NCBI GenBank assembly: GCA_965248195.1
Contig: CBDFIQ010000002.1
Span: 2,816,001 to 2,880,000, forward strand
Length of the DNA: 64,000 bases
Reading direction: 5' to 3'
Source: Longimicrobiales bacterium
Lineage (GTDB): Bacteria > Gemmatimonadota > Gemmatimonadetes > Longimicrobiales > Gaopeijiaceae
Part shown: positions 10,135-20,021 of the stretch, piece after piece
Numbering within the stretch: the first letter of the stretch is position 1
Layout: every line of letters starts with the position of its first letter
Translations under genes and position numbers: made by a program
Notes under the pieces: generated by a model
Seen by the model: the letters and a program-made list of their open reading frames with translations, nothing else
Told to the model about the DNA's origin: nothing
Databases searched by the model: none

Positions 10135-11910
10135 ATGACGTGGGAAATCGCGTTCGTGCTGGGCCTGACGGTCTGTGCGGTGGTTCTGTTCGTCACCGAG
10201 AAGTTCTCCACCGACATCGTGGCGATTCTCGTCATGATCGTGCTGCTCGTCTTCCGTGTGCTCACGCCTGCGGAGGGGCTGGCTGGATTCGCCAACACCG
10301 CCACCGTCACGGTCGGCGCGATGTTCGTGCTCAGCGCCGGGATGTTCCGGAGCGGCGCGGTGAACTTCGTCGGCAAAGCGCTCGAGAGATTGGCGCGGCG
10401 CAGCTCGGGGCTGATGCTGTTCGTGCTGATGGTGGGTGTCGGCGTGTTGTCGTCGTTCCTGAACAATACCGCCGCGGTGGCGATCCTGATCCCCGTCGTG
10501 ATCGTCGTCGCGCGGCGAGCGGATACCAGCCCCTCGAAGCTGCTGATGCCTCTCTCCTTCGCTTCCATGTTCGGCGGCATGTGCACGGTGCTCGGCACGT
10601 CGACCAACATCCTGGCGAGCTCGATCGCCGAGCAGGCAGGCCTCCAGGCCTTCGGCATGTTCGAGTTCACCAAGCTGGGCGTGATTTTCTTCGCCGTCGG
10701 CCTCGCCTACATGATGACCCTGGGCAGAAGGCTCGTTCCCGACCACCGCGGGCAAGGCGATTTGACGACGAGCTTCGGTTTGGGCGACTACCTGACCGAC
10801 CTCGTATTACAAACCGAATCGAAGTCGGTCGGCCATTCGCTGGCATCGGCGCCGCTGGTGAAAGAGCTCAACATCGACGTTCTCCAGATCCTACGGGGCG
10901 AGGACACTCTGCGGCCGACTCCCGAGACCATCCTTCGCGAAGGCGACGTGCTTCGCATCCAAGGCAATCTGCGCACGATCAACGAGCTGAAGGGCCGCGC
11001 CGGAGTGACCTTCGGAATGAGTATGAAGTGGCGGGACGAGCATCTTCAATCCACCGATACCAGACTGGTCGAGGCCGTGGTGGGGCCCAGCTCACCGCTG
11101 GCCGGGAAGTCCCTCGCCGAGTCGCGTCTACGAGCAAACTACGGAGCCTCGGTGCTCGCGATCCGGCAGCACGGAACGCTCAGGCATGGCCAGTTCGAGA
11201 ACATCACGCTGATGCCGGGTGACGCGCTGCTCATCGACGTGCCGAACGACCAGATCGAGCATCTCACCCAGCAGCGTGTGTTTTTGGTGGTGTCCAGAGC
11301 CGGGATCCCCCGTTTCGACTGGTCCAAGGCGAGCAAGGCGGTCGCAATCGTGGTCGCGGTCGTCGTGGTCGCGGCAACAGGGCTACTGCCGATCGTGGCT
11401 GCCGCAGCCACCGGCGCCTTGATGATGGTGCTGAGCGGCTGCGTCTCGACGGAGGAGGCCTACGGGGCGATCGAGTGGAACGTGCTCTTCCTGCTAGCGG
11501 GCATGCTTTCGCTGGGCGCCGCCATGGAAAAGACTGGGGCTTCGACGATGCTGGCGGACGGGATGATCGACGGCGTGGGAGCGCTCGGTCCACTCGCGCT
11601 GCTGGCTGCGTTCTTCGGCGCCACCATGCTGCTGACGGAAGTGATGTCGAACAACGCCACCGTGGCGCTGCTACTCCCGATCGCGATCACCACCGCGCAA
11701 GCGATCGACGTAGACCCGCGTGCCTTCATGTTCGCCGTCGTTTTTGCGGCTTCGTCGAGCTTCATGACGCCGGTCGGCTATCAGACCAACGCGATGATCT
11801 ATGGGCCGGGCCAGTACCGGTTCAAGGACTTCGCTCGTGTGGGCGCCCCGCTCAACCTCATATTCTGGGTCCTGGGCACGCTCTTGATCCCCTGGTTCTG
11901 GCCTCTCTGA
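10135..11910 (+). CDS. SLC13/DASS family permease with TrkA-C domains
   Basis: SSFLNNTA, GTSTN, EVMSNNA, FMTPVGYQTN motifs; central soluble TrkA-C repeats. Confidence 0.9.
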   Translation: MTWEIAFVLGLTVCAVVLFVTEKFSTDIVAILVMIVLLVFRVLTPAEGLAGFANTATVTVGAMFVLSAGMFRSGAVNFVGKALERLARRSSGLMLFVLMVGVGVLSSFLNNTAAVAILIPVVIVVARRADTSPSKLLMPLSFASMFGGMCTVLGTSTNILASSIAEQAGLQAFGMFEFTKLGVIFFAVGLAYMMTLGRRLVPDHRGQGDLTTSFGLGDYLTDLVLQTESKSVGHSLASAPLVKELNIDVLQILRGEDTLRPTPETILREGDVLRIQGNLRTINELKGRAGVTFGMSMKWRDEHLQSTDTRLVEAVVGPSSPLAGKSLAESRLRANYGASVLAIRQHGTLRHGQFENITLMPGDALLIDVPNDQIEHLTQQRVFLVVSRAGIPRFDWSKASKAVAIVVAVVVVAATGLLPIVAAAATGALMMVLSGCVSTEEAYGAIEWNVLFLLAGMLSLGAAMEKTGASTMLADGMIDGVGALGPLALLAAFFGATMLLTEVMSNNATVALLLPIAITTAQAIDVDPRAFMFAVVFAASSSFMTPVGYQTNAMIYGPGQYRFKDFARVGAPLNLIFWVLGTLLIPWFWPL

Positions 11911-12015
11911 GCGAAACCGCCATGCGCGACATCGCCGAGCTCCAGGAAGAGGAGGACAAGGGTTCGTTCAACTACAGCGGCTCAACCGGGCCCAGGGCCG
12001 CCAGGCTCTCTCGGT

Positions 12016-13053
12016 CTACCTCGGCTCACCCCGATTCTGCGAACCCAGACGTTCCTGATAGCGCGCACCGCTCAGTATGCCCTCGAGAGAGTAGTTCCCC
12101 TCATGACAGGCGTACTCGTAGAGCTCACCGTGAAGTGCTCTCATCGGGATCTCGCCCCCCCACGGCTCGGTGTATGTCGTCGGGTCGTCGATCGTGAACT
12201 CGTACAGGATGGTCTCCTGGTCGACCCTGGTGAACCGCTCGATAACCTTCAGATCCTTCGAGGGTCGAATTCCGCGGAACGTATGAAGGGGATACATATT
12301 GGTCGTCTCGACCACGAGCGCATCACCCTCCCACCGACCCCAAGAGTCGCCCATCCACGGCCTGATGTGATCGGGCAACCGCGGGCCTGATCCGATCCGG
12401 ATGATCCGAGCGTCGTGGACCACCTCCGCGTGGATCACCACGTACTCCGCCGTTTGGACGATCGTGTAGTTGTTGTTGTAGGCGCCGTTGGGGACCACCG
12501 GCGGGCCGACGTTCGAGCCGAACATGAGGCACCGCACCGTCAGCGAGAGATTCTCCGGGTGGTCGGCCTCGCCGAATTGGCGGCGGAACTCCGTGCGCTC
12601 CTGGCGCAGTCGCTCGGCCTCGGGCGTGAGGGGCGGCCTGCGGCCGTTCAGCGGATTCGTGATCAGCGAGCTCCTGGGCTCTCCGTTGACGACCGCCACC
12701 CGTAGACCCCGCTCGAAATAGACGCTGTTGTAACTACCGATATCGCCGCCCGCGCTCAGTGGTGGGCGGTCCGGGTCGCTCGGCTGGGCACCGCTGATGA
12801 CTCGGTCAACCGCGCGTTGTTCGCGTTGGGCGACCTCATCGGCGGTGAAGACCGGGCCTTGGCCCTCTGCACGTTCGAACGGTGTGAGCGTGCCGTTGTT
12901 CCAGTTCCCCTGGAGGTCCGGATGGCCATCGGGCGTCCGAGGCACGACCCACTCCTCCGAGGATCTGGACGCGGCCTGCGCCGCCGACAACGAGATGGGA
13001 CCGGCGACTACGGTCGCTGCACAAAGAGCTAGAAGCGAGGCACGATAACACAT
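12016..13053 (-). CDS. Secreted hypothetical protein, 'PRTPDGxPDLQG...YEYACHEGN' family
   Basis: Signal peptide; WMGDSWGRWEGDALVVETTN; YEYACHEGNY; closely paralogous to the next gene. Confidence 0.75.
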   Translation of the reverse strand: MCYRASLLALCAATVVAGPISLSAAQAASRSSEEWVVPRTPDGHPDLQGNWNNGTLTPFERAEGQGPVFTADEVAQREQRAVDRVISGAQPSDPDRPPLSAGGDIGSYNSVYFERGLRVAVVNGEPRSSLITNPLNGRRPPLTPEAERLRQERTEFRRQFGEADHPENLSLTVRCLMFGSNVGPPVVPNGAYNNNYTIVQTAEYVVIHAEVVHDARIIRIGSGPRLPDHIRPWMGDSWGRWEGDALVVETTNMYPLHTFRGIRPSKDLKVIERFTRVDQETILYEFTIDDPTTYTEPWGGEIPMRALHGELYEYACHEGNYSLEGILSGARYQERLGSQNRGEPR

Positions 13054-13095
13054 AATCACCTTCCCCCTTCGAAGAGCTCAACACTACCCCTGGGA

Positions 13096-14164
13096 ATTCA
13101 CCTCCGCTCAGACGTTGCTTCGGCCTCCAAGCGTTCTTGACGTTCTTGATAGCGCGCACCGCTCAGTATGCCGCCATTGAGTAATTCCCCTCGTGACAGG
13201 CGTACTCGTATAGCTGGTCGTGCAGCGCCTTCATCGGGACCTCGCCCCCCCAGGGCTCGGCATACGTCGTCGGGTCGTCGATCTCGAACTCGTACAGGAT
13301 GGTTTCCTGGTCGACCCGGCTGAACCGCTCTATCACTTTCAGATTGTCGGAGGAGCCTTCACGGAAGCGCTGCATGGGATTGATGTTGGTGGTCTCGACC
13401 ACGAGCACATCACCCTCCCAGTGGCCCCAGGAGTCACCCATCCAGGGACGTATGTGGGCGGGCAGCCGTGGGCCGTCGCCAATCCGAATGATCCGAGTGT
13501 CATGCACCATCTCCGACATGATCATCAGGTGGTCGGCGGTCTGCACGATCGTGTAGTTGTTGTTGTACCATCCGTTGGGGAGCATCGGGGGACCGGCGGA
13601 CACGACCCACATGAAGCACCGTTCGCCGAGCGGTCGAAGCTCCACGTGGTCGTACGGCCCGAATTGGCTCCTGAGCGCCTTGTACTCCTCGAGCCGCTGC
13701 TCGGCCTCAGGCGTCCGGGGAGGCACGCGGCCGTCCGAAGGAAACGTGATGAGCGAGCTTCTGGGCTCACCATTCACGATGGCCACCCGTTCGCCCGGGT
13801 CGATATAGACCGAGTTGTAACACGTCCTCGGTCCATCGATACAAACCGGGTCAGTCCCGCCCGCCTGCGGCGGCGCGCGGTTGGGGTCGCTCGGCTGGGT
13901 GGTCGCGAACACGTCGTCTGCCTGCCCCTGCTCGATGCTGGCGACCTCTTCCGGGGTGAGAATGAGACCCTGACCACTCGGGCGTTGGAGTGGCGTGAGC
14001 GTCACGTTGGTCCAGTTACCCTGGAGGTCTGGGCGGCCATCAGGCGTCCGGGGCAGCACCCAGTCCCCGACAGCACTGTCCTCGGTCTGCGCCGCCTGCA
14101 AGGCGACAGGGCTCGCAACCAGGGTCGCTGCGCAAATGGTCAGCAGCGAGGAACGATAACGCAT
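13096..14164 (-). CDS. Paralog of the 12016-13053 protein, with a frameshift near the 3' end
   Basis: Same motifs. After CHEGNYSM a 1-nt loss (~13172) gives AAY*, while GILSGARYQERQERLEAEATSERR* continues in the shifted frame. Confidence 0.7.
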
Positions 14165-14216
14165 AATCACCCTCCCGTTCGGATTCACCCCCGGCTCAGT
14201 CGCGGGCTCCGCTCGC

Positions 14217-14279
14217 TTACATGCGCTCCTGATAGCGCGCACCGCCCAGCACGTTGCCGAGGGCGTAGTTCCCCTCGTG
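14217..14279 (-). pseudogene. 3' remnant of a third paralog
   Basis: Translates HEGNYALGNVLGGARYQERM*, matching the C-termini of both neighbouring paralogs; no upstream gene body. Confidence 0.75.
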
Positions 14280-14303
14280 GCTTACCTCCCGCGGGTTAGC
14301 CCG

Positions 14304-14765
14304 TCAGCATCTCCCGCCGCCCGCGAGGGACCTGCTCTCGGCACCGTCCTCCGGGGCGCCGGTACCTGACGAGCCCAAGAAGAACTTCCTGCCGTCGGTG
14401 AACGTGACGTCGCGGCCATTGGCCCGAGGAAGGGAGTGATCCTTCGCCTGATACCCGTCGACGATCAGCTCGGAGCCGATCGGCAGGCACTCCCGGCGGA
14501 GTCCGCGGCGCTGAAGCACGTTCGGCGTGCCTCCCTCGACCATCCACACCTGCGTCGAACCGTCATCATTTTCTACCTCGATGTGAATCCACGAATGCGG
14601 ATTCACCCACTCGACCCTCACGATGGTGCCTTCGAGGCGAATCGGGGCATCCGCGTCGAACTCCGCCCCGAACGCGTGGTGGGCTACTGCGGGGGCCGCA
14701 TACGCCAAAAGGGCGACCGCCCCCAACGTCAAAGTCGCGTAGATCAATCTTCTTGCTCTCATCAT
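14304..14765 (-). CDS. DUF6152-like secreted protein
   Basis: Signal peptide ending AVA|HHAFGAEFD; GTIVRVEWVNPH; WMVEGGTPNVL. Confidence 0.75.
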   Translation of the reverse strand: MMRARRLIYATLTLGAVALLAYAAPAVAHHAFGAEFDADAPIRLEGTIVRVEWVNPHSWIHIEVENDDGSTQVWMVEGGTPNVLQRRGLRRECLPIGSELIVDGYQAKDHSLPRANGRDVTFTDGRKFFLGSSGTGAPEDGAESRSLAGGGRC

Positions 14766-14903
14766 TCTTCCCCTCGGTTCAGTCCGGGCTTCCTTCGGCT
14801 TCCACTCGCTCTTGATACCGCGTCCCACTCGAAAAGTTGGTCATCCATCGCCTTCATCGGAGTCTCGGCTCATCTTCTGTCCTCTTCTGAGTCGACCAAC
14901 GTC

Positions 14904-15761
14904 CTACGGTACTCTACGGTACTGCCCATACAGGAGCTCCTCGACGAACTCCACGCACTTGAATACGCCGATCCGCGCGCCCTCCTCGATATTCTTGTAC
15001 AACGGCAGCCGGATCGTCCACGGGCGCGAGAAGGTGCTGGGGTCCTCCAACGTTGCTTCGTACAGGATGTGGTAGGGGCTCGTCATCGTGTATCGTTCCA
15101 CGACCCTCAGCTGATAACTCGCGTGGTTTCCGGAACGGTCGAACCAGGCCTGACCGGTGAATCCGATCGCTTCGACCACGAACGTGTCACCCTCCCAATG
15201 GCCGACGGATTGGCCCATCCAGGAGTCCACCTGCGGGGCCCCCGGATCTTCGAGATAGATGTTGCGGTCCGCGCCCGCAAATTCATACGTGATGAAGAAT
15301 GCGCTCTCACTCTGAAAGATCTGGAACGGGAAGGGCATGTATGTGGCGCGTGGGACCCCAGGGAGGTAGCACTTGACCGCAGGGTCCCGGGTGACCCAGT
15401 CCTCCCGGTTCGCTTCCCTGATCGCGAGCGCCGCGGGTAGATAGGGAATCTCGCCGCCTTCGACGATGCCCATCCCCGGCGGCACAGCCCCAAGCGCACC
15501 AAAAGCGACCACCTCCTCAGCAGGCACGGGAACCACCGGGCCCGGGACCATCTGAAGCGCGGCACGTGCCTGGTGCGGCTCGATGTCCCAATGGGCATTA
15601 CCGAGCGCCTGCCAGATGCCGTTCAGGTCCGGCCTCCCGGACGCGGTCCTGGGGATGTCCGAACTCTGGGCCTGTGCGTAAACGGGCATGAGGGCTACCG
15701 CAAGCAGGCCGAGGACGACCGTTCCGACGGCAAACCTCAGTGATCTGACCACGCTCGACAT
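14904..15761 (-). CDS. Secreted hypothetical protein, distant member of the PDLxG family
   Basis: IPRTASGRPDLNGIW, DPAVKCYLPGVPR, WMGQSVGHWEGDTFVVE, C-terminal FKCVE. Confidence 0.75.
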   Translation of the reverse strand: MSSVVRSLRFAVGTVVLGLLAVALMPVYAQAQSSDIPRTASGRPDLNGIWQALGNAHWDIEPHQARAALQMVPGPVVPVPAEEVVAFGALGAVPPGMGIVEGGEIPYLPAALAIREANREDWVTRDPAVKCYLPGVPRATYMPFPFQIFQSESAFFITYEFAGADRNIYLEDPGAPQVDSWMGQSVGHWEGDTFVVEAIGFTGQAWFDRSGNHASYQLRVVERYTMTSPYHILYEATLEDPSTFSRPWTIRLPLYKNIEEGARIGVFKCVEFVEELLYGQYRRVP

Positions 15762-15986
15762 GGCTCAACGCTCCCGGTTCTCGTGGGACTCCAGCCCATT
15801 TGGACTGTAACCCATGATTATATCGCGCTTAACCATCACCGGCTAGTTGGAAGCGGAGCCCGCAGCGGTTGCGGCCAATCCGGCCGGAGTCATTGCACAT
15901 TGATCAGCCAACCCATACGTACATACTCAACTTCGCCTACTCATTCGACGGCCCTTCTTTTCACCCTGGTTCATGGAGTCCGGATT

Positions 15987-16406
15987 ATGAGCGAAAGAAT
16001 GAAGCCGATCCTTGGCGCACTGGTCACCGCGTACATCGTTTTCTTCCTGGGTGTCACGTACTTCTTCGGTCCCATCTCGGCGAATGACGTACCGGCCGGA
16101 CCCATGATGCCGGCCTGGGCGTCCTTGGCCGTCGGGTCCGTTTTCCTCATTTTGCTCTACGATTGGGTGAACGTTTCCGTGGGAAGTCCGATCCGCTCGG
16201 GCTTGATCGTCGCCCTTTCGCAGATTGTTCTGGTGGACGTCTTCTATGTATTGAACGGCACACGTGGGATCGCCGCAGGCGCAGCGAGCGCTGCCCTCCT
16301 GATCGTCGGATGGACAGTGGTCGGGTTCGTCTACGGTAAGCTTTCGGGAGGGGCGCCAGCTGGTGCCGGGGCAGAGACGGCTGGTGTAACGGAGGGGGGG
16401 ATGTAG
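15987..16406 (+). CDS. 4-TM hypothetical membrane protein
   Basis: GGAG RBS before ATG 15987; four hydrophobic segments. Confidence 0.6.
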   Translation: MSERMKPILGALVTAYIVFFLGVTYFFGPISANDVPAGPMMPAWASLAVGSVFLILLYDWVNVSVGSPIRSGLIVALSQIVLVDVFYVLNGTRGIAAGAASAALLIVGWTVVGFVYGKLSGGAPAGAGAETAGVTEGGM

Positions 16407-16532
16407 GAAGCTACTGATCGACGTGTGATGGGCCTCCACACCGGAGTCGGGCGAAGCTCAGAGGGGCTCCGCAGTGGTAAGATCACTGCGGGGCCCCTCT
16501 CGGGTCCGGGAGCCTTCGACGTCACCCCGCAC

Positions 16533-16562
16533 TTGACCTCACCGCGCTCCCGTACTTAACGT
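16533..16562 (+). promoter_or_regulatory. Sigma70-like promoter of the his operon
   Basis: TTGACC-N18-TAACGT, with 6 nt between the -10 box and the leader ATG. Confidence 0.55.
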
Positions 16563-16568
16563 ATTCCC

Positions 16569-16652
16569 ATGAACACTTCGATTCGACATCATCGGCACCA
16601 CCATCACCATCCGCTCCCCGAGCGGCTGGCTGGGGCTGTGCCACTGAGTTGA
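16569..16652 (+). CDS. hisL: his operon attenuator leader peptide
   Basis: MNTSIRHHRHHHHHPLPERLAGAVPLS*: 7 His in 8 codons, directly upstream of a terminator and hisG. Confidence 0.9.
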   Translation: MNTSIRHHRHHHHHPLPERLAGAVPLS

Positions 16653-16680
16653 AGATCGTCTGACGACCTGAGCGCACCTT

Positions 16681-16712
16681 ACGCCGGCCTCCGAGGTCGG
16701 CGTTTTTCGTTT
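16681..16712 (+). terminator. Attenuator terminator hairpin
   Basis: ACGCCGGCCT-ccg-AGGTCGGCGT stem followed by TTTTCGTTT. Confidence 0.85.
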
Positions 16713-16754
16713 ATGCCCTCCTCGGAGTTCCGGCGCACATTACGGAGCTCCTTC

Positions 16755-17648
16755 ATGAACCGAGACAACAAAACCCGAGACGATGCGGGCGCGGATACGC
16801 TCCGTCTCGCCCTACCCAAGGGCCGCATGCAGGATGCGGTGCTCGCGCTGCTGGCCGACGCCGGCATCCGTGTAACCCCCACGGCCCGTGGATACCGCCC
16901 CACGGTGTCCCTTCCCGACTGCGAGGCGAAGATCCTCAAGCACCAGAACATCGTCGAGATGCTGGAGCTCGGGAGCCGGGACGTGGGATTCGCCGGAGCC
17001 GATTGGGTCGAGGAGTTGGATGCCGAGGTCGTGGAAATCTTGGATACGGGGCTCGACCCCGTGAGGGTGGTGGCGGCGGCGCCCACGGGCCTCTTCGACC
17101 GACTCGACGAGCTCGGACGGCCGCTCGTGGTCGCATCCGAGTACGAAACGCTCACCAGGGCGTGGATCGCACGGCGAGGCCTCGACGCGGAATTCGTGTG
17201 TTCCTTTGGCGCGACTGAAGTTTTTCCACCCGAGGACGCCGACGTCATCGTCGACAACACGGCGACCGGCAGCACGCTCCGGGCGAACGACCTCGAGATC
17301 GTCGACACGGTGATCACTTCCTCGACGCGGCTGTACGCGAGTCCCCAGGCCATGGAGCACGATGTGAAGCGGGAGCGAATCGAGGATCTGAGCCTGCTTC
17401 TCAGGAGCGTGCTCGACGCTCGAAAGCGGGTCATGATCGAAGTGAACGCCCCCGAGGGCTGTCTCAACGAAGTCGTATCGCTACTGCCGTGTATGCGCGA
17501 GGCCACCGTTTCTCCGCTCTTCGGAAACAGTGGATACGCGGTCAAGGCAGCCGTATTGCGGGATGAGCTTCCCGAGATCATCCCTGCCGTCAAAGCCGCA
17601 GGCGCAACCGATGTGGCGGTCATGTCGATCTCGCAGATCGTCCCATGA
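16755..17648 (+). CDS. hisG: ATP phosphoribosyltransferase (long form)
   Basis: LALPKGRM, GATE, DVIVDNTATGSTLRANDL, C-terminal regulatory domain. Confidence 0.95.
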   Translation: MNRDNKTRDDAGADTLRLALPKGRMQDAVLALLADAGIRVTPTARGYRPTVSLPDCEAKILKHQNIVEMLELGSRDVGFAGADWVEELDAEVVEILDTGLDPVRVVAAAPTGLFDRLDELGRPLVVASEYETLTRAWIARRGLDAEFVCSFGATEVFPPEDADVIVDNTATGSTLRANDLEIVDTVITSSTRLYASPQAMEHDVKRERIEDLSLLLRSVLDARKRVMIEVNAPEGCLNEVVSLLPCMREATVSPLFGNSGYAVKAAVLRDELPEIIPAVKAAGATDVAVMSISQIVP

Positions 17649-19390
17649 CCGACCGACGATCACCGCTCCCTTCGACTTGGATTCCCCGGGATCTCTACAA
17701 GGGACCGGCCCGTCCGGAGCCCGGGGTGCTCAAGCTCGACGGTAACGAGGGGAATCCTCCACCACGCAGGCTCCTGGAGGATGTGGCGGCGGCGGACCTG
17801 TCGCAGGTCCGGGATTATCCGGACGCCCGTCCCCTGGAATCGGAGATCGCCGAACGCCTCGGAGTGGACCCGGAACGCGTCGTCGTGACCGCCGGTGCGG
17901 ACGAGGCGCTGGATCGCGTATTCCGGGTCTATCTAGCGCCTGGCCGGCGCCTGGTGCTTCCAGTTCCGGCCTTCGAGATGATGTACCGCTTCACCGCAGT
18001 GGTCGGCGGGGAGATCCACCCCGTGCCATGGACCGACACCTTCCCAACCGATGCCGTCATTGCCGCCCTGGGTGAGGCCGTCTCACTCGTTGTGATGATC
18101 TCGCCCAACAACCCAACGGGGTGCACGGCCACTGCAAGCGATCTCGAACGGGTCGCTGAGGCAGCGTCCAAGGTGGACTCCGGAGCGGCCTTCGGGGCGA
18201 TGGTCGTCCTGGACCACGCTTACGTGGAGTACTCGGATCAGGATCTCACGTCCGTCGCACAACGCTTCGACAACGTCGTCACGGTGCGCACGTTTTCGAA
18301 GGCCTGGGGATTGGCGGGCTGCCGCGTGGGCTACGCCGTGGCATCGCCCGAAGTCGCGACCCTCCTCCGTAACGTGGGGAGTCCCTTCCCGGTCGCGGGC
18401 CTCTCGTTGGCCGCGGTCCGTGCGCAGATGAGCACGGGCGAAGCGGCGTTGGGGGAGCACGTCGCAGCCGTTCGGGCCGGGCGGGCCCGCCTCACGGAGA
18501 CGCTCAACCGGCTGGGCATCGAAACGAATCAGGCTCAGGGCAACTTCGTCCTCGGTGACTTCGGCGCCCAGTGCGACTTCGTATGTGACGGCTTGAACGC
18601 ACTAGGGGTCCGTGTTCGGCGATTCCCGCACCGCCCCGAGATCAGAAACGCCTTGCGGATCACCGTGCCCGACCACGCGAAGCCGCTGGCACGGCTTCTG
18701 GAGGCCCTTGAAACCTGCCTCGCACCCGAGGCCCTTCTGTTCGACCTGGACGGAGTGATTGCGGACGTAGAGGAGTCCTATCGGCGGTGCGTACTCGAGA
18801 CGGCGGGAACGTTCGGGGTGGAGATCACGCGAGAGGAGCTCGCCACCATGGTCCTCGCGGGCGACGCCAACAACGACTGGGTGCTGACTCAACGCATCCT
18901 CGCGGGCCGGGGCGTCGAGGCGTCGCTCGACGCCGTCACAGAAGCGTACCAGGAGGTGTACCTCGGCACATCGACCTCACCGGGGCTCCGGGAATCCGAA
19001 CGCCTCCTGGTAGGGCGTGACGTCCTTTCGAGCCTCGCAGACCGACTGCCCCTGGCCATCGTGACCGGGCGGCCTCGCGAGGAGGCCGAATGGTTCCTCG
19101 ACAGGGAGGGGCTGACGGATCTTTTCCAAGCCGTCGTTTGCATGGAGGACGGCCCGCTCAAGCCGGACCCGGCGCCCGTTCGCACGGCCGCGTCTCGCCT
19201 CGGCGTGGAGCGCGCCTGGATGGTAGGCGACACGCCCGACGACATCCGCGCCGCATCAGGCGCTGGCGCCGTACCCATCGGCGTCGTCGCGCCCGGACCC
19301 GACCCCACCGCCAGCGCCGTCGCCCTCCGTGAAGCCGGAGCCGCCACGATACTGGCGGCAATCGATGACCTGATGGAGCTACTTCCATGA
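17645..19390 (+). CDS. hisC: Histidinol-phosphate aminotransferase fused to a HAD phosphatase
   Basis: KLDGNE, SPNNPTG, DHAYVEY, RTFSKAWGLAG; then FDLDGV, VTGRP, KPDP, GDTPDD HAD motifs. Confidence 0.9.
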   Translation: MTDRRSPLPSTWIPRDLYKGPARPEPGVLKLDGNEGNPPPRRLLEDVAAADLSQVRDYPDARPLESEIAERLGVDPERVVVTAGADEALDRVFRVYLAPGRRLVLPVPAFEMMYRFTAVVGGEIHPVPWTDTFPTDAVIAALGEAVSLVVMISPNNPTGCTATASDLERVAEAASKVDSGAAFGAMVVLDHAYVEYSDQDLTSVAQRFDNVVTVRTFSKAWGLAGCRVGYAVASPEVATLLRNVGSPFPVAGLSLAAVRAQMSTGEAALGEHVAAVRAGRARLTETLNRLGIETNQAQGNFVLGDFGAQCDFVCDGLNALGVRVRRFPHRPEIRNALRITVPDHAKPLARLLEALETCLAPEALLFDLDGVIADVEESYRRCVLETAGTFGVEITREELATMVLAGDANNDWVLTQRILAGRGVEASLDAVTEAYQEVYLGTSTSPGLRESERLLVGRDVLSSLADRLPLAIVTGRPREEAEWFLDREGLTDLFQAVVCMEDGPLKPDPAPVRTAASRLGVERAWMVGDTPDDIRAASGAGAVPIGVVAPGPDPTASAVALREAGAATILAAIDDLMELLP

Positions 19391-19418
19391 TTACAACCCT
19401 CCCTTCGGAGAAGCCGAC

Positions 19419-20021
19419 ATGACTCCCCGAAACGCCACGATCGACCGCAAGACCAACGAGACCGAAATCAGCGTCACGCTCGAGCTGGACGGAACAGGCT
19501 CGTCGGATGCCCAGACGGGCATCGGCTTTCTCGACCACCTGCTCGACGCTCTCGTCCGCCACGGCCGATTCGACCTCGAGCTTCGCTGCAAGGGGGATCT
19601 CCAGGTCGACGACCACCACACCGCGGAGGATTGCGGCCTGGCACTGGGCAGCGCCCTCCAGAAGGCCCTCGGCGACCGCGTGGGAATCGCACGTTTCGGT
19701 TACGCCTACGCGCCCCTGGACGAGGCGCTCGCGCGAGCGGTCGTGGACATCTCCGGGCGTCCCTTCGCTGCCATCGACCTGGGCCTCACGCGCGAGCGCC
19801 TGGGGGAACTGTCGTGCGAGAACATTCCACACGTGCTGAGCTCCCTGGCCGCGGCGGCGGGCATCACCCTCCACGTCGACGTGCTCAGCGGCGACAACGA
19901 CCACCACCGCGCCGAGGCGGCCTTCAAGGCCGTGGCGCTCGCGCTCCGGGCAGCCGTGCGTGCGTCGGGTTTCGACGACGTCCCATCCACCAAAGGCACG
20001 ATCGGAGGCGTCGCCCCGTGA
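19419..20021 (+). CDS. hisB: Imidazoleglycerol-phosphate dehydratase
   Basis: RKTNET, GFLDHLL, DDHHTAED, NDHHRAEAAFKA, PSTKG. Confidence 0.95.
   Translation: MTPRNATIDRKTNETEISVTLELDGTGSSDAQTGIGFLDHLLDALVRHGRFDLELRCKGDLQVDDHHTAEDCGLALGSALQKALGDRVGIARFGYAYAPLDEALARAVVDISGRPFAAIDLGLTRERLGELSCENIPHVLSSLAAAAGITLHVDVLSGDNDHHRAEAAFKAVALALRAAVRASGFDDVPSTKGTIGGVAP

Noticed and set aside
11922..12010. Protein-like fragment MRDIAELQEEEDKGSFNYSGSTGP after the SLC13 gene
   Set aside because: Could be a gene remnant but is too short to assign and runs into a convergent gene
19631..20017. N-terminal extension of the 628-aa hisHF ORF (likewise the oleA, oleB, oleC and SRPBCC ORF extensions)
   Set aside because: They overlap upstream genes out of frame; the true starts coincide with upstream stop codons
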